A stretch of DNA of 53,646 bases from a virus. The position numbers were made by a program, and so were the translations under genes. A model generated the notes under the pieces. That model searched no databases. It was not told the origin of the DNA and saw nothing but the letters and a program-made list of their open reading frames with translations. The DNA lies in IMG/VR virus record IMGVR_UViG_3300028410_000015; one strand, written 5' to 3'. Positions 35,021-44,184 of this stretch are shown here, piece after piece. The number at the start of each line of letters is the position of its first letter. Position 1 is the first letter of the stretch.

Positions 35021-35526
35021 TGTGCACCGATGTGCCCTTTAAAACCGACGTGATAGGGCACATTTATTTCGACACAATTCGTAGGGAACGAAACTTTCCC
35101 GGCCAGCGTAAAAAATATGATCTGGCTCGTGCGTACACTCAAAGCACGAAAAGAAATCAATGAGATTGGTTCTAGTGTACTGAGGCTCTCATCTGATGTA
35201 GCATCCGCTAAAACATCCGTTCTTCTCATCTCAAGCACCATAAGCCAGTTTGGTTCATAGCCAAACATCGACAGAAAGTCGAAATTCCAGGAGGTAATAG
35301 TATTTGTTGTAAAGAGGTTTTTTGCATCATATTTTACTGGCCACTCGGAAATTCTAAACATCGCATCGAAAACGAGCGGAAAAACTATTTGAAGCAAATC
35401 ACCCTTATTGACCTGAACTAAACGTCGATCTCTGGGCGCAATATTGTACATTGTGTTGCCTTTTTCGACGCTCTTAGGCTCTTGAATCAGGATCGAGTCA
35501 AGCGAGTTTGTGACAAGGTCAATCAT
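35017..35526 (-). CDS. paralogue family member (KGDLLQIV)
   Basis: ORF track 169 aa with ATGA overlaps on both sides. Confidence 0.4.
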   Translation of the reverse strand: MIDLVTNSLDSILIQEPKSVEKGNTMYNIAPRDRRLVQVNKGDLLQIVFPLVFDAMFRISEWPVKYDAKNLFTTNTITSWNFDFLSMFGYEPNWLMVLEMRRTDVLADATSDESLSTLEPISLISFRALSVRTSQIIFFTLAGKVSFPTNCVEINVPYHVGFKGHIGAQ

Positions 35527-35825
35527 TTCGACACCACTTCGAGATCAACCAGTTCGACGACAAAAAACATGTCCCGCTTTCCAAATTGACTGACAAAAGT
35601 GACAAACAGGTTTCGATTCATCTCGTCTAGTGTGAGAGGTGGGTCGGGATAGCGACAATGGGTCTTCACTCCGATCTCACACACAATACCAAGCCCAGCA
35701 GGCTTGAGAAGGTTCCAGTTGTACACAAAACGTATGAGGTCTCCGGGTTTAACCTCTTCACCGAACAAATATGCTGACTCGACATGGAGACAGTCATCAG
35801 TCAGCATGAACAACATCCAGGACAC
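35523..35825 (-). CDS. GDxI...GIV paralogue family member
   Basis: PGDLIRFVYNWNLLKPAGLGIVCEIGVKTHCRYPDPPLTLDEMNRNLFVTFV. Confidence 0.45.
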   Translation of the reverse strand: MSWMLFMLTDDCLHVESAYLFGEEVKPGDLIRFVYNWNLLKPAGLGIVCEIGVKTHCRYPDPPLTLDEMNRNLFVTFVSQFGKRDMFFVVELVDLEVVSK

Positions 35826-36240
35826 GCAAGTGATGCGTAAACAATTTGACGCGCGTATCTGCTTCCGGGAGATGCCCCGCAGTCAATATCTGGATAAGCT
35901 CAACGTTGAACACCGATCGACCATTACTGGCCATGCCGTTGAAGTAACTCAATCCAAACGAGTCAGCGTCAATCCCGGTGCAATGCTTTTGACAACCGAG
36001 CATGATACCCGAGATTTGGCGTCGCTCCTCGAGGACTTCCGGGAGACGCTGCTGATCAGACATGCTAGCCGGATAAAATTTCTGCTTGACGATCTCAAAC
36101 CTGACAAAATCTCCGACACTGATTTTTTCAAACTCAGCCTGGTGCCGACCCAACGCATCAGATGGCCACTCAGAATCAACATGACGTGTGGCCGCGCTGG
36201 AGCGAACAATCAAGCAGAATTGATCTGAACGTTGTCTCAT
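35797..36240 (-). CDS. paralogue family member (VGDFVRFEIV...GIMLGCQKHC)
   Basis: ORF track 147 aa. Confidence 0.4.
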   Translation of the reverse strand: MRQRSDQFCLIVRSSAATRHVDSEWPSDALGRHQAEFEKISVGDFVRFEIVKQKFYPASMSDQQRLPEVLEERRQISGIMLGCQKHCTGIDADSFGLSYFNGMASNGRSVFNVELIQILTAGHLPEADTRVKLFTHHLRVLDVVHAD

Positions 36241-36713
36241 TTTTGACCTCCATTTTCCGAAGACTTGATGACATGGGCTACTCGAAGATATGCATTGTTC
36301 CAGGTCACCCGATGTTTGCTGCCAAGAAGGAGTCTAAGATTGTATTCGCCATTTTCGGATTTGGCAATCTTGGGATTGAGATTGAGATCGGGATTGTCAT
36401 ATTCAAATGAAAGAAAAATGCTGTGCACAATTCCCCATTGAAAATTCAGCAGTCTTAGGCCTGCTGAATCTATCTGTCCTTTCTTAGCATTTCTAACAGC
36501 ATTGTCCCACAGAGGGTCGTAGTACACGAAGTAGATCACATCACCTTTCTCGACAACTGCCAGCTCATCAAGGTACGCATTTTTTGCACCCACAGTCTTT
36601 GTTAGACTTTCATCAACCAGCCTGAACTGAACTGCGGCTTTGGGCGAAGTTTGTGTCATGTCAAGTCTGTTCCATGAAAGAATAGAACTTCGTCCTCTCT
36701 GTAACCATCGCAC
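36237..36713 (-). CDS. paralogue family member (GDVIYFVYYD...WGIVHSIF)
   Basis: ORF track 158 aa. Confidence 0.45.
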   Translation of the reverse strand: MRWLQRGRSSILSWNRLDMTQTSPKAAVQFRLVDESLTKTVGAKNAYLDELAVVEKGDVIYFVYYDPLWDNAVRNAKKGQIDSAGLRLLNFQWGIVHSIFLSFEYDNPDLNLNPKIAKSENGEYNLRLLLGSKHRVTWNNAYLRVAHVIKSSENGGQK

Positions 36714-36863
36714 TTCACCATGTCTCCTTGCCGGAGAGAGAGGATGGGGTTGAACGTAAAGTCCCGCTACATGTCAGAAAAGAATACACTGGTGGGTGTG
36801 GGTGAGATAAGTCGAATTTCGATACTATTCTGCTACTATTACTAATAACTTTAACTCTCTGCA

Positions 36864-37316
36864 TCACTCAACCCCAGACGTTGTGATTACTTTTGCAATG
36901 ACAATATTTCTCAGGTATTTTCCGTCTATAATACCTGAGTTAGCGCTGACAAGTCGAGCAAAAGAGTAGGTAGCGACGATTGGATTTGAAATTAATGTGC
37001 TAGGCACCGCTGGGGGCATCCGTGGCCCCCGGTTCCACCACGGCAAAAATACTGCTGTTAAGATACCCCAACTAAACGCAGCTGACTTGTTGATGTCGAC
37101 AATATAATCCGATCTCGATTTGTTACGCTCTTTTATAGTGTAATAACTTGCTGTGTTTGCATAGTAAATTAAGTCTCCGACGAAAATACCAATTGCATTC
37201 GAGTGCTCTGGATCTTGATTAGTCTTCACATCACTCCATGTTTGAATGTCGTCGTCTGGAAATATAACTCTGCGCTTAAAACCGATAAATTCGACGTTTG
37301 CAGTCTTTGAACTCAT
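36864..37316 (-). CDS. paralogue family member (VGDLIYYAN...WGILTAVF)
   Basis: ORF track 150 aa. Confidence 0.45.
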   Translation of the reverse strand: MSSKTANVEFIGFKRRVIFPDDDIQTWSDVKTNQDPEHSNAIGIFVGDLIYYANTASYYTIKERNKSRSDYIVDINKSAAFSWGILTAVFLPWWNRGPRMPPAVPSTLISNPIVATYSFARLVSANSGIIDGKYLRNIVIAKVITTSGVE

Positions 37317-37768
37317 GATCTACTCTGCGGTACATGTGTCTTGATCAGCATATTGCCAAGCCTTTTAATGCTTTTTTTGCCGGTGACACTGTTGACAAAG
37401 ATAATATGTTTGTGCTGTTTGTCCTGCGTGATCAGGTCAGTGAGCCTGCTGTTCCGAACAATTACACTGTGGACAATTCCCCAAGTTAGGACGGCTGAAT
37501 CTAGACCATGGTAGATGAAGTCACGAAACCCGATGAACTCGATCATGTCTCCCACAAAAATCCGAGGGAAATTATCATCACCAGGACATGACCCACCGCG
37601 TATTAAGTCGTCGAACTGTTTTTCGCTGCGAGTAAGCACAGTAAACTGATCCTTTTTCCAAAGTTCTGGCGCAATCACATGTGCAACGAAAGAGTCAGTC
37701 AGCATTCCGTATCCTGTCCTAAAGCTTGAGAAGGTGTAAAGTGTACTCCTACAATCATTATATTGCAA
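37313..37768 (-). CDS. paralogue family member (VGDMIEFIGF...WGIVHSVI)
   Basis: ORF track 151 aa with a 4-nt overlap onto the next gene. Confidence 0.45.
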   Translation of the reverse strand: MQYNDCRSTLYTFSSFRTGYGMLTDSFVAHVIAPELWKKDQFTVLTRSEKQFDDLIRGGSCPGDDNFPRIFVGDMIEFIGFRDFIYHGLDSAVLTWGIVHSVIVRNSRLTDLITQDKQHKHIIFVNSVTGKKSIKRLGNMLIKTHVPQSRS

Positions 37769-37889
37769 AAGTAAAAAGTGTTCAAATTTTTCTCGAAGAA
37801 ATTTTTTGAGTTAAGCTCTAATGGAAAGTCGACTTGCGCAGAAAAAAGCCAAAGCCAAAGTGATTCAAAAAATTCTGTGCTGTGTGAGG

Positions 37890-38075
37890 GGGTCAGGGTC
37901 CCCACCACGCGCCCAGCAGCCCCCAGTGAGGTGGTATAGGCCCTGGAGCGCCCCTACCCTTTCGCAGGGCGCCCTTAAGCATATAGATGGCCCCGCCCCC
38001 CAGGGCCCTATTGTACTGCGCAGAGGGGGCGGGGCCCAGGGCCCTTGCAGAGGGCCCTAGCGCCCTAGCCTAGCG
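37890..38075. repeat. GC-rich (about 70%) palindromic island with perfect 12-bp inverted repeats GGCCCCGCCCCC/GGGGGCGGGGCC and repeated AGGGCCC/CCCTAGC motifs
   Basis: Seen directly in sequence, at the boundary between the paralogue operon and the cassette array. The surrounding DNA is under 40% GC. Confidence 0.6.
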
Positions 38076-38282
38076 ATGCCAATCTGTTGCTGCTGCGTGC
38101 GCATCTAGAAATTCTGTTTCTACCCAGGTCGCGCCGCCATCTACAGACATAACGAACGCGCCGTCTGATGCGCCTGCAACAAGTTCGCCTGCTTCTGTCT
38201 GCATCGTGTACAGGACATCGCCCGTAGATACCATCTTAAGCTGCACGCCGTTCATAAGACCATCGAGTTCTGTTGGTTTCAT
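38070..38282 (-). CDS. hypothetical small protein (first gene of the cassette array)
   Basis: ORF track 70 aa. The conserved promoter module lies upstream at about 38330-38395, with a 5'UTR hairpin GCAAGAGGC/GCCTCTTG. Confidence 0.45.
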   Translation of the reverse strand: MKPTELDGLMNGVQLKMVSTGDVLYTMQTEAGELVAGASDGAFVMSVDGGATWVETEFLDAHAAATDWHR

Positions 38283-38470
38283 GGGCAGAACCGTTCCATA
38301 TTGCTGTTACCCTTCTTTTGTGCAAGAGGCGACTTGCCTCTTGTAAGTATATTATACCACTTGCTGCAGCTTTTTGCACTACACTGGCAAAAGAATGCCA
38401 GTTGCTTTTTGCAGTTGCCAGTGCTTCATGCTTCATTGGCAGCTCGTATTCGCAGACATCGCCATCAAGG

Positions 38471-38863
38471 TCAGTGCCCTACAAGTGCGTCAATCTCCTT
38501 CCACTTTGGCATGCCAGTGATGTCCTGGTTGTGTCTACTGGTTTCGCCGATCGGCTGGACCAGACCCTTGCAGCCTTCCTCAGTCAGTCGAATCCCGTGG
38601 ACCCAAAGGTATGCACCGGCCCAACGCCATCCGTCTTCGTACCTCTTTTCAGCAGAGCATCGCTCATTAGGTCCGTCCCACATGAAGTTGTCATTCCAAG
38701 CCGTCGCCAATTCCCAGATTCGCTTGTGGTTGGGACTGATGCCTGATTGTGCGTACAAGGCAGCTCGGCTCTCACGCCCTCGACGAGTCACCTCACTACT
38801 GTCTGACATACATGATGTCCAGTCGTGTCTGCGGACGGCTTTCGCGTATGCTTGAATATCCAT
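38471..38863 (-). CDS. hypothetical protein
   Basis: ORF track 130 aa. Conserved promoter module at 38870-38930. Confidence 0.45.
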   Translation of the reverse strand: MDIQAYAKAVRRHDWTSCMSDSSEVTRRGRESRAALYAQSGISPNHKRIWELATAWNDNFMWDGPNERCSAEKRYEDGWRWAGAYLWVHGIRLTEEGCKGLVQPIGETSRHNQDITGMPKWKEIDALVGH

Positions 38864-38932
38864 GATGTTCCTTCCTTGGTTCTTGCCTCTTGTAAGTACA
38901 TTATACCACTTGCAGTGGCTTTTTGCACACGA

Positions 38933-39961
38933 TCACAGACCGAATGTCAGATCATCCAGGTAGTTGAAGAACCACTTTCGTGCTGCACCCTGGACGGTCG
39001 CCGTCACTTCACCCTTTTCAAGCTCGCTACACTCGATCGTGTCAGTCTCTTCCTTCAACACGTCCTTGACAACCCATCCTAGGAACTTACCAGTAGACTT
39101 GCGATCGAGTGGTGCCTTCATCATCTGTAGTGCTTCGATGCCTTGGTTGAGACGCGCTTCAGTCACAACTGCTGCAGTGAAGTCCTCAATCGCAGCCAAA
39201 CGTTCAGGTGCGACAGGAATCTTCTCACGTGTCTTGGACACCTTATGCTTCTCACCCTTGGTCTTGAACCAGACGTCTGACAACTCCCAACCTGGTGTGA
39301 CGCATGTCCAGACAACTCCTTCACCTACACCCTTGTGTCCTAGTGCTGCAGCGATTGGGCATTCACGCTCAACACTGTCAGTCACGTGTGAGAGTTCGTC
39401 CACAGACAACTTAGGATCGTTGAAGTTGATGGAGGTCGTGAATGTCTCGAAGTGATTGACGTTCAGGAATCGTGGGTCTTCACTTGTGACATCACTCATG
39501 TCCTCAGCACTCATCCAAGTGCAAGTCTCTTCTTCACCTGGGTTTACGCAGTCGAGAACAGCGAATAGTACGAACACCTTCTCATGTTGATTGATTGCAA
39601 CACCCTTCTGAATGCCCTTTCCACACCATTCTCCGAAGTAGGTTCGCACTACATCTGGGTCATCATGAGGTACAGCCCAATCCAGATTGGATTGTGACAT
39701 AAGACCTGCAAACTGACAATTGTCGTTCCCTACTGTCAGTTCGCGAGTACGACTCTGAAACTTGATGGGCTGGCCTCGCTGTACTACAACACCTACGTTT
39801 GTCCCATGCAGCTTTACAGTGCCACGGAACTTGAGTGTTGGAATCGGCTTTGTGTCGTCATACAGCGGTACGTCTTGTTCGTCACAACCTGTGTATGTTG
39901 CCCGAAGACGGACTGTGTTGACAGCATTTCGAAACTGATTGATGGATGGAAACTTGTTCAT
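38933..39961 (-). CDS. Rnl2-like ATP-dependent RNA ligase (nucleotidyltransferase motif I KLHGTN)
   Basis: FRGTVKLHGTNVGVV resembles T4 Rnl2 motif I (KIHGTN). Downstream there are EGVVW-type motif IV and WFKTKGEKHK motif V candidates. ATG at 39959-39961. Confidence 0.6.
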   Translation of the reverse strand: MNKFPSINQFRNAVNTVRLRATYTGCDEQDVPLYDDTKPIPTLKFRGTVKLHGTNVGVVVQRGQPIKFQSRTRELTVGNDNCQFAGLMSQSNLDWAVPHDDPDVVRTYFGEWCGKGIQKGVAINQHEKVFVLFAVLDCVNPGEEETCTWMSAEDMSDVTSEDPRFLNVNHFETFTTSINFNDPKLSVDELSHVTDSVERECPIAAALGHKGVGEGVVWTCVTPGWELSDVWFKTKGEKHKVSKTREKIPVAPERLAAIEDFTAAVVTEARLNQGIEALQMMKAPLDRKSTGKFLGWVVKDVLKEETDTIECSELEKGEVTATVQGAARKWFFNYLDDLTFGL

Positions 39962-39971
39962 CTGTTGTATC

Positions 39972-40172
39972 TCACTTTCTGACGTTACATGATGCCTGAT
40001 GAAAGGAACATAACATGGTCGAGATCACGTGAGCTCTTGTAAAAACTTGGTTCACCACCGTACTGTGGAATTGAGTACACTTCGTAGTCACCAGTGGATA
40101 GGTTTTGGTAGATTTCCAGGCCGGCTCGCCGATGACGTCTTCGGGTACAATGAATTGGTACTTGTTCATGTC
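39972..40172 (-). CDS. hypothetical small protein (MDMNKYQFIVPEDVIGEPAW...)
   Basis: True start is the MDM ATG behind SD AAGGAAGGAACAAC. Paralogue of an untracked 43-aa ORF at about 40636-40766 (MSSVPNRRTHQFITTEECIGEPVFY...). Confidence 0.45.
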   Translation of the reverse strand, partial: DMNKYQFIVPEDVIGEPAWKSTKTYPLVTTKCTQFHSTVVNQVFTRAHVISTMLCSFHQASCNVRK

Positions 40173-40821
40173 CATGTTGTTCCTTCCTTGTTTATGTGCA
40201 ACCTTGTTTATGTGCAACCTTGTTTATGTGTAAGAGTTCTTGCCTCTTGTAAGTACATTATACCACTTGCAGCGGCTTTTTGCACTCGACATGAATGTTA
40301 TTGCAGGTACAACAACAAAAGCATCCAGAGAGTTCTTCTGATACACACTACATGGTTGCTGAATGTCAGGTCAGGACTTGTTCTTTCGTTTCTCTTCTCG
40401 TGCCTCTTGAATCGCAGTTGTTAGTTCATCGAGAAGCTCCTCTGCCAGCTCGAGAGACAACACCCAATCGAGCACCTCAATCACACCCACTTCAGAATCA
40501 TAAGTCACTCCTGGCACCATGTCGCCACTCCTCATTCGTGTGTCTTGTTATACGATGCCAGGGCACCAACTACCGTTTTACTGCTAGACGCACGACGCAC
40601 GAAGTCGAGGTTGCAGGTTGTATCTCACTTTCTGACGTTACATGATGTCTGACGCTAGGAACTCTGCATATTCCAGTTCACGTGCACTCTTGTAAAAAAC
40701 CGGCTCACCAATGCACTCTTCTGTTGTGATGAACTGGTGTGTTCGCCTGTTTGGTACTGATGACATGATGATTCCTTCCTTGGTTCTTGTCTATTATATC
40801 ATCTGCTGCTGGTTTTTGCAC

Positions 40822-41151
40822 TTACTTCTTACGAGTTCGCTCACAAAGCGCCAACACGCAGGCTCGCTGCCTCTCACAAATCTCAGTCAACGTCTCGTCA
40901 CTCTGCCAATGCGGTGTGTTGAGCTTCAGTCGCTTCAAGTTGACGAGCCTGCTGACCTCAGGAATAAGCTTGTTACCAAAAGTGTAGACTTCTTCATGCG
41001 TCATCTCTTTGTTCGGGTCGAAGTGGTCGCGTGCCTCTTTTGCAAGCACATCAATTTGTGCCTGGACATCGTCTAAGTTGATGCTGTCCCGTTCACGATC
41101 AAGGTCGTCCTGCGAGAGATTGAGGTCAAAGGGGTTTCGGTAGTAGCTCAT
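40822..41151 (-). CDS. hypothetical protein
   Basis: ORF track 109 aa. Promoter module at 41160-41210. Confidence 0.45.
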   Translation of the reverse strand: MSYYRNPFDLNLSQDDLDRERDSINLDDVQAQIDVLAKEARDHFDPNKEMTHEEVYTFGNKLIPEVSRLVNLKRLKLNTPHWQSDETLTEICERQRACVLALCERTRKK

Positions 41152-41298
41152 GTCTTCCTCCTTTCTAGTATATTATACCACAGGTGTCTGGTTTTTGCAC
41201 CTTCCTGCTAGATCCTCCTCAGCTTCTACCATCCTCTCCCAGCCATCTGAGGTGACATCACCGATATCACGACGAGTGCGACGACTCATGCCACCTCC

Positions 41299-41784
41299 TC
41301 ACTTCTTCCGATTGTCAACGTGGAGCTCAGTCTCGATGAAGCTGGACTTCAACTTGTTACAATCAATCACGAGGACCGCGACAGTGTTGCTCGACTCGTA
41401 ATCCCACAGCAAGGTCTCAAAGTACATGCTGACCAAACAGTCCTCACCGAGGCGCTTCACGATCTTGTCAATCATGTGCATCGAGATTCCCTTGCCGTCC
41501 TCCATCACCTTCACGACACAGCGGAAGCCATCTCCGTCTTTGAGGTCCAGCTCGAGGCTCTTGTCAATGCCGGTCCGACCACTGTGATGCTTGGGCAACT
41601 TATTGATGTACTTGTTAGGGGCATCACATACTGTCTCGGTGTCTCGGATGACGTAGCCGTCCTTGAACCGGAGCTTGTTGATTGCCTCGACCACCTTGCC
41701 AGCCTTGACGTACTTTGAACCGAAGGTCTCGAGGGTGCCGTCTGCGTCGAGGGTCTCGAAGGAGGTGTGAATCAAATCGGTCAT
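41299..41784 (-). CDS. hypothetical protein (start MTDLIHTSF; the track extension is a GTG reading through the promoter/UTR)
   Basis: ATG at 41782-41784. The 5'UTR carries the hairpin GCAAGAGGC-TT-GCCTCTTC. Confidence 0.45.
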   Translation of the reverse strand: MTDLIHTSFETLDADGTLETFGSKYVKAGKVVEAINKLRFKDGYVIRDTETVCDAPNKYINKLPKHHSGRTGIDKSLELDLKDGDGFRCVVKVMEDGKGISMHMIDKIVKRLGEDCLVSMYFETLLWDYESSNTVAVLVIDCNKLKSSFIETELHVDNRKK

Positions 41785-42103
41785 GTTATTGCCTATGATG
41801 TGTAAGGCTGGTTGATTCCCTCCTTGATGCAAGAGGCTTGCCTCTTCCACTTTGTTATTATACCCTATTCAGTCGACTTTTGCACTAGCTGTCGAACATT
41901 TTCTGTGCTGGACAACGGTCTGCGCTGCCTTAACTTCTGAGACAGTTTCTGAACTGTTGATGGGTTTCCTATCAGGTCGAGCATCAAAAGCTGCTCTAAG
42001 CTACTTCTGGGTACTTTTTGGCAGCCACAGTAATGAGCTGCTCACCACCTTGGAGTAGGCAAATGAGTAGCTTGAACTGTACAGGTTTTGGCCTGTCGTT
42101 AAT

Positions 42104-42394
42104 TCACTTGAAAGTGATAATCGAGCAAGGCTTGCCGTCGTCGCGATGCTCATCGTCAATGCACACGGTGAAGCGACGAGTGTAGGACATGGACTCAAGA
42201 GCCTCATGAATTTCAGAGATTGACTCCAGGTCATCTCCCGAAATGCCGTCCACAACAATGGAATCAACCACACCGATACGCAGACGAACAAAGACATCCG
42301 TTGCGCCGTGCTTCCGTGCTGCGTTTCCAATTGCAGCCAGCGCACCGTCTTCAGCGTGAGAGATGGCGAAGCGGTATGACTTAAAGTCGTTCAT
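42104..42394 (-). CDS. hypothetical protein (start MNDFKSYRF)
   Basis: ATG at 42392-42394 behind SD AAGGAAGGAAATAC. The track extension translates the conserved promoter (QKASASGIMILQGRK). Confidence 0.45.
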   Translation of the reverse strand: MNDFKSYRFAISHAEDGALAAIGNAARKHGATDVFVRLRIGVVDSIVVDGISGDDLESISEIHEALESMSYTRRFTVCIDDEHRDDGKPCSIITFK

Positions 42395-42494
42395 GTATTT
42401 CCTTCCTTGTAATATCATTATACCACTTGCAGACGCTTTTTGCACTTAACATGAATGTTATTGCAGGTGCACCTTCAAAAGCCCACAGTCATGG

Positions 42495-42716
42495 CTACAG
42501 AACAATCTTCAGTGCACCCTGTAGGATGTCGTCAGCCTCTGTAGAGTCGTCAGACCTGATGGCCCGAAGTACTGCAACAGACATATCATCTAGCCTCATG
42601 CGCAGTCGTACAGAACACTCATCTGTCCTGATGAAGTGTCCGGAGTCGTGCATCACACACCAGCAGTACACACACTGTCCCTCTTCCCACTTGTGTTCGA
42701 ATCGTGTGTCAGCCAT
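42495..42716 (-). CDS. hypothetical Cys/His-rich small protein (MADTRFEHKWEEGQCVYCWCVMHDSGHF)
   Basis: ATG at 42714-42716 with SD AAGGAGGG. TGATG overlap with the upstream gene. Confidence 0.45.
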   Translation of the reverse strand: MADTRFEHKWEEGQCVYCWCVMHDSGHFIRTDECSVRLRMRLDDMSVAVLRAIRSDDSTEADDILQGALKIVL

Positions 42717-42937
42717 CACCGCCCTCCTTGCGCGAACTCTGCAGCTGCCTTTGCACGCCTGACACACTCTTCAACAGCATCTTCAAGGCACCAGACACTG
42801 AATGTCAGGGTGATTCCCATTACTGTGAAGGGCTTTGCTGCAGCATATGCCTCTGCTTCGTCTGTATACACCTCATCAAACGAGTAGATGCTTGGGTCGT
42901 TTGTGAGAACAACGAAAACTTCATATGAACGTAGCAT
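42716..42937 (-). CDS. hypothetical small protein (MLRSYEVFVV...)
   Basis: ATG at 42935-42937 with SD AAGGAAGGAGCTAC. Promoter module at 42950-42990. Confidence 0.45.
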   Translation of the reverse strand: MLRSYEVFVVLTNDPSIYSFDEVYTDEAEAYAAAKPFTVMGITLTFSVWCLEDAVEECVRRAKAAAEFAQGGR

Positions 42938-43070
42938 GTAGCTCCTTCCTTGTAAGTCTATTATACCATAACAGACAGGAAATTGCACATCATGTAAGTC
43001 GCAACCACAATTGCTGCCAAAGACATAAATGATACGATGTTGACTATTTTCCTGAGCATTGCGACCTCAC

Positions 43071-43253
43071 TCACAGGCTCAACGTGCTTGCCTTCACACG
43101 CTTGTAACGCTCAGCGCGGAGGTGAGACAGATTGGCTTGAGCGACTCGCATCTTGCGACAGTCAAGGCTCCCACCTGCAGTCAAGACCTTGACGGTTGCC
43201 TCATATCTTGCAATGATGGTCTCGAGCTCTTCGTTGGTCTTGTTTTCGAACAT
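43071..43253 (-). CDS. hypothetical small protein
   Basis: ORF track 60 aa. Promoter module at 43300-43345. Confidence 0.35.
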   Translation of the reverse strand: MFENKTNEELETIIARYEATVKVLTAGGSLDCRKMRVAQANLSHLRAERYKRVKASTLSL

Positions 43254-43351
43254 GCGGGATGCCTCTGAATGAGTGATGCTTTGAAGCGGTAACCGTTACC
43301 TCTTCTCTACTTATGTATTATACCCTACCCGCACACTTTTTGCACTTACTT

Positions 43352-43549
43352 TTACTGCAAATCTCTCAATAGCTCTGCGAGTTGTTGTTGACTACCACCC
43401 AACTTGCCGAACGCATTATGTGCACTATAGATGATGAACGCAATGTCTTCTAGGAGATTGTCGTGTGTGAGCTCGCCCACTGTCATCCCAATTAGCGAGA
43501 GCTCTCGCAACGCAGGTTTGACATCAATCTTCTCTTGTTTGTCTTTCAC
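43352..43549 (-). CDS. hypothetical small protein
   Basis: ORF track 65 aa. Third gene of the three-gene cassette. Confidence 0.35.
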   Translation of the reverse strand: MKDKQEKIDVKPALRELSLIGMTVGELTHDNLLEDIAFIIYSAHNAFGKLGGSQQQLAELLRDLQ

Positions 43550-43603
43550 ATTGTCTCCAGTGTTTCATGTGAGCACATCCACGCCCAGCACTCTGTAAGT
43601 AGC

Positions 43604-43936
43604 TTACTGATCGACATGTTTCATGTGCTTCTGCTTGGCAAACCACACCTGCCCTTCTGAGTCGATTACTTCCATACACATGCCAACCTCTCTATGTCCC
43701 TTTGTCGCTCTAACTCGAGCTCGCTTCACAATGAACAGCTCGCCGAGTGCTACTGGCTTGTACTTTGTCTCTGGAGGGAGTATCGTCTCACCTGCAGATG
43801 TCATACCTTTTGATGCATCTGATTTGAACCAGGAGTCAATCTCACTACTTGTCAAAGGACGCCAGATGGGTATCAGACGAGCATTCACAAGCATTTCCTC
43901 GTTTACAACGACGATGTCACCCTTCTTGAACGACAT
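43604..43936 (-). CDS. hypothetical protein
   Basis: ORF track 110 aa. TGATG overlap with 43936..44184. Confidence 0.45.
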   Translation of the reverse strand: MSFKKGDIVVVNEEMLVNARLIPIWRPLTSSEIDSWFKSDASKGMTSAGETILPPETKYKPVALGELFIVKRARVRATKGHREVGMCMEVIDSEGQVWFAKQKHMKHVDQ

Positions 43937-44184
43937 CAGACTACACCGTCGTTGTACTCAGGAGACTCAGGAGTGATGACTTTCTCGACTCGCTTCACCT
44001 TGAACTTGGCTCCGATTGTGGGACCACCCGCTGTGTTATACACCCAAGGTCGATTGTAGTGATCAGCATCCTGAACCTTCCAGCAGTCGAACTGTGAGCT
44101 GTACGAACCCAGCATGACGACCGGTCCGTCGGGGCCGAGGCAGTGAAGCCAGTAGAGTCCTGCAGTAAGTCTGTTCGTATCCAT
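43936..44184 (-). CDS. hypothetical protein
   Basis: ORF track 82 aa. ATG at 44182-44184, SD TTCCTTCC at 44190-44197, promoter module at 44204-44236. Confidence 0.45.
   Translation of the reverse strand: MDTNRLTAGLYWLHCLGPDGPVVMLGSYSSQFDCWKVQDADHYNRPWVYNTAGGPTIGAKFKVKRVEKVITPESPEYNDGVV

Noticed and set aside
37821-38060. Plus-strand ORF encoding a Pro/Gly/Arg-rich 79-aa peptide.
   Set aside because: It simply translates the GC-rich palindromic island. Its composition is repeat-driven and it has no RBS.
41299-41850. Longer form of the gene starting at GTG 41850 (MEEASLLHQGGNQ...).
   Set aside because: That start lies inside the -10-to-SD leader of the conserved promoter module. The same happens for 42104..42445, 44063..44263 and 46358..46816 (translated leader QKxASGIIxLQGRK). 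The true starts are the SD-preceded ATGs downstream.
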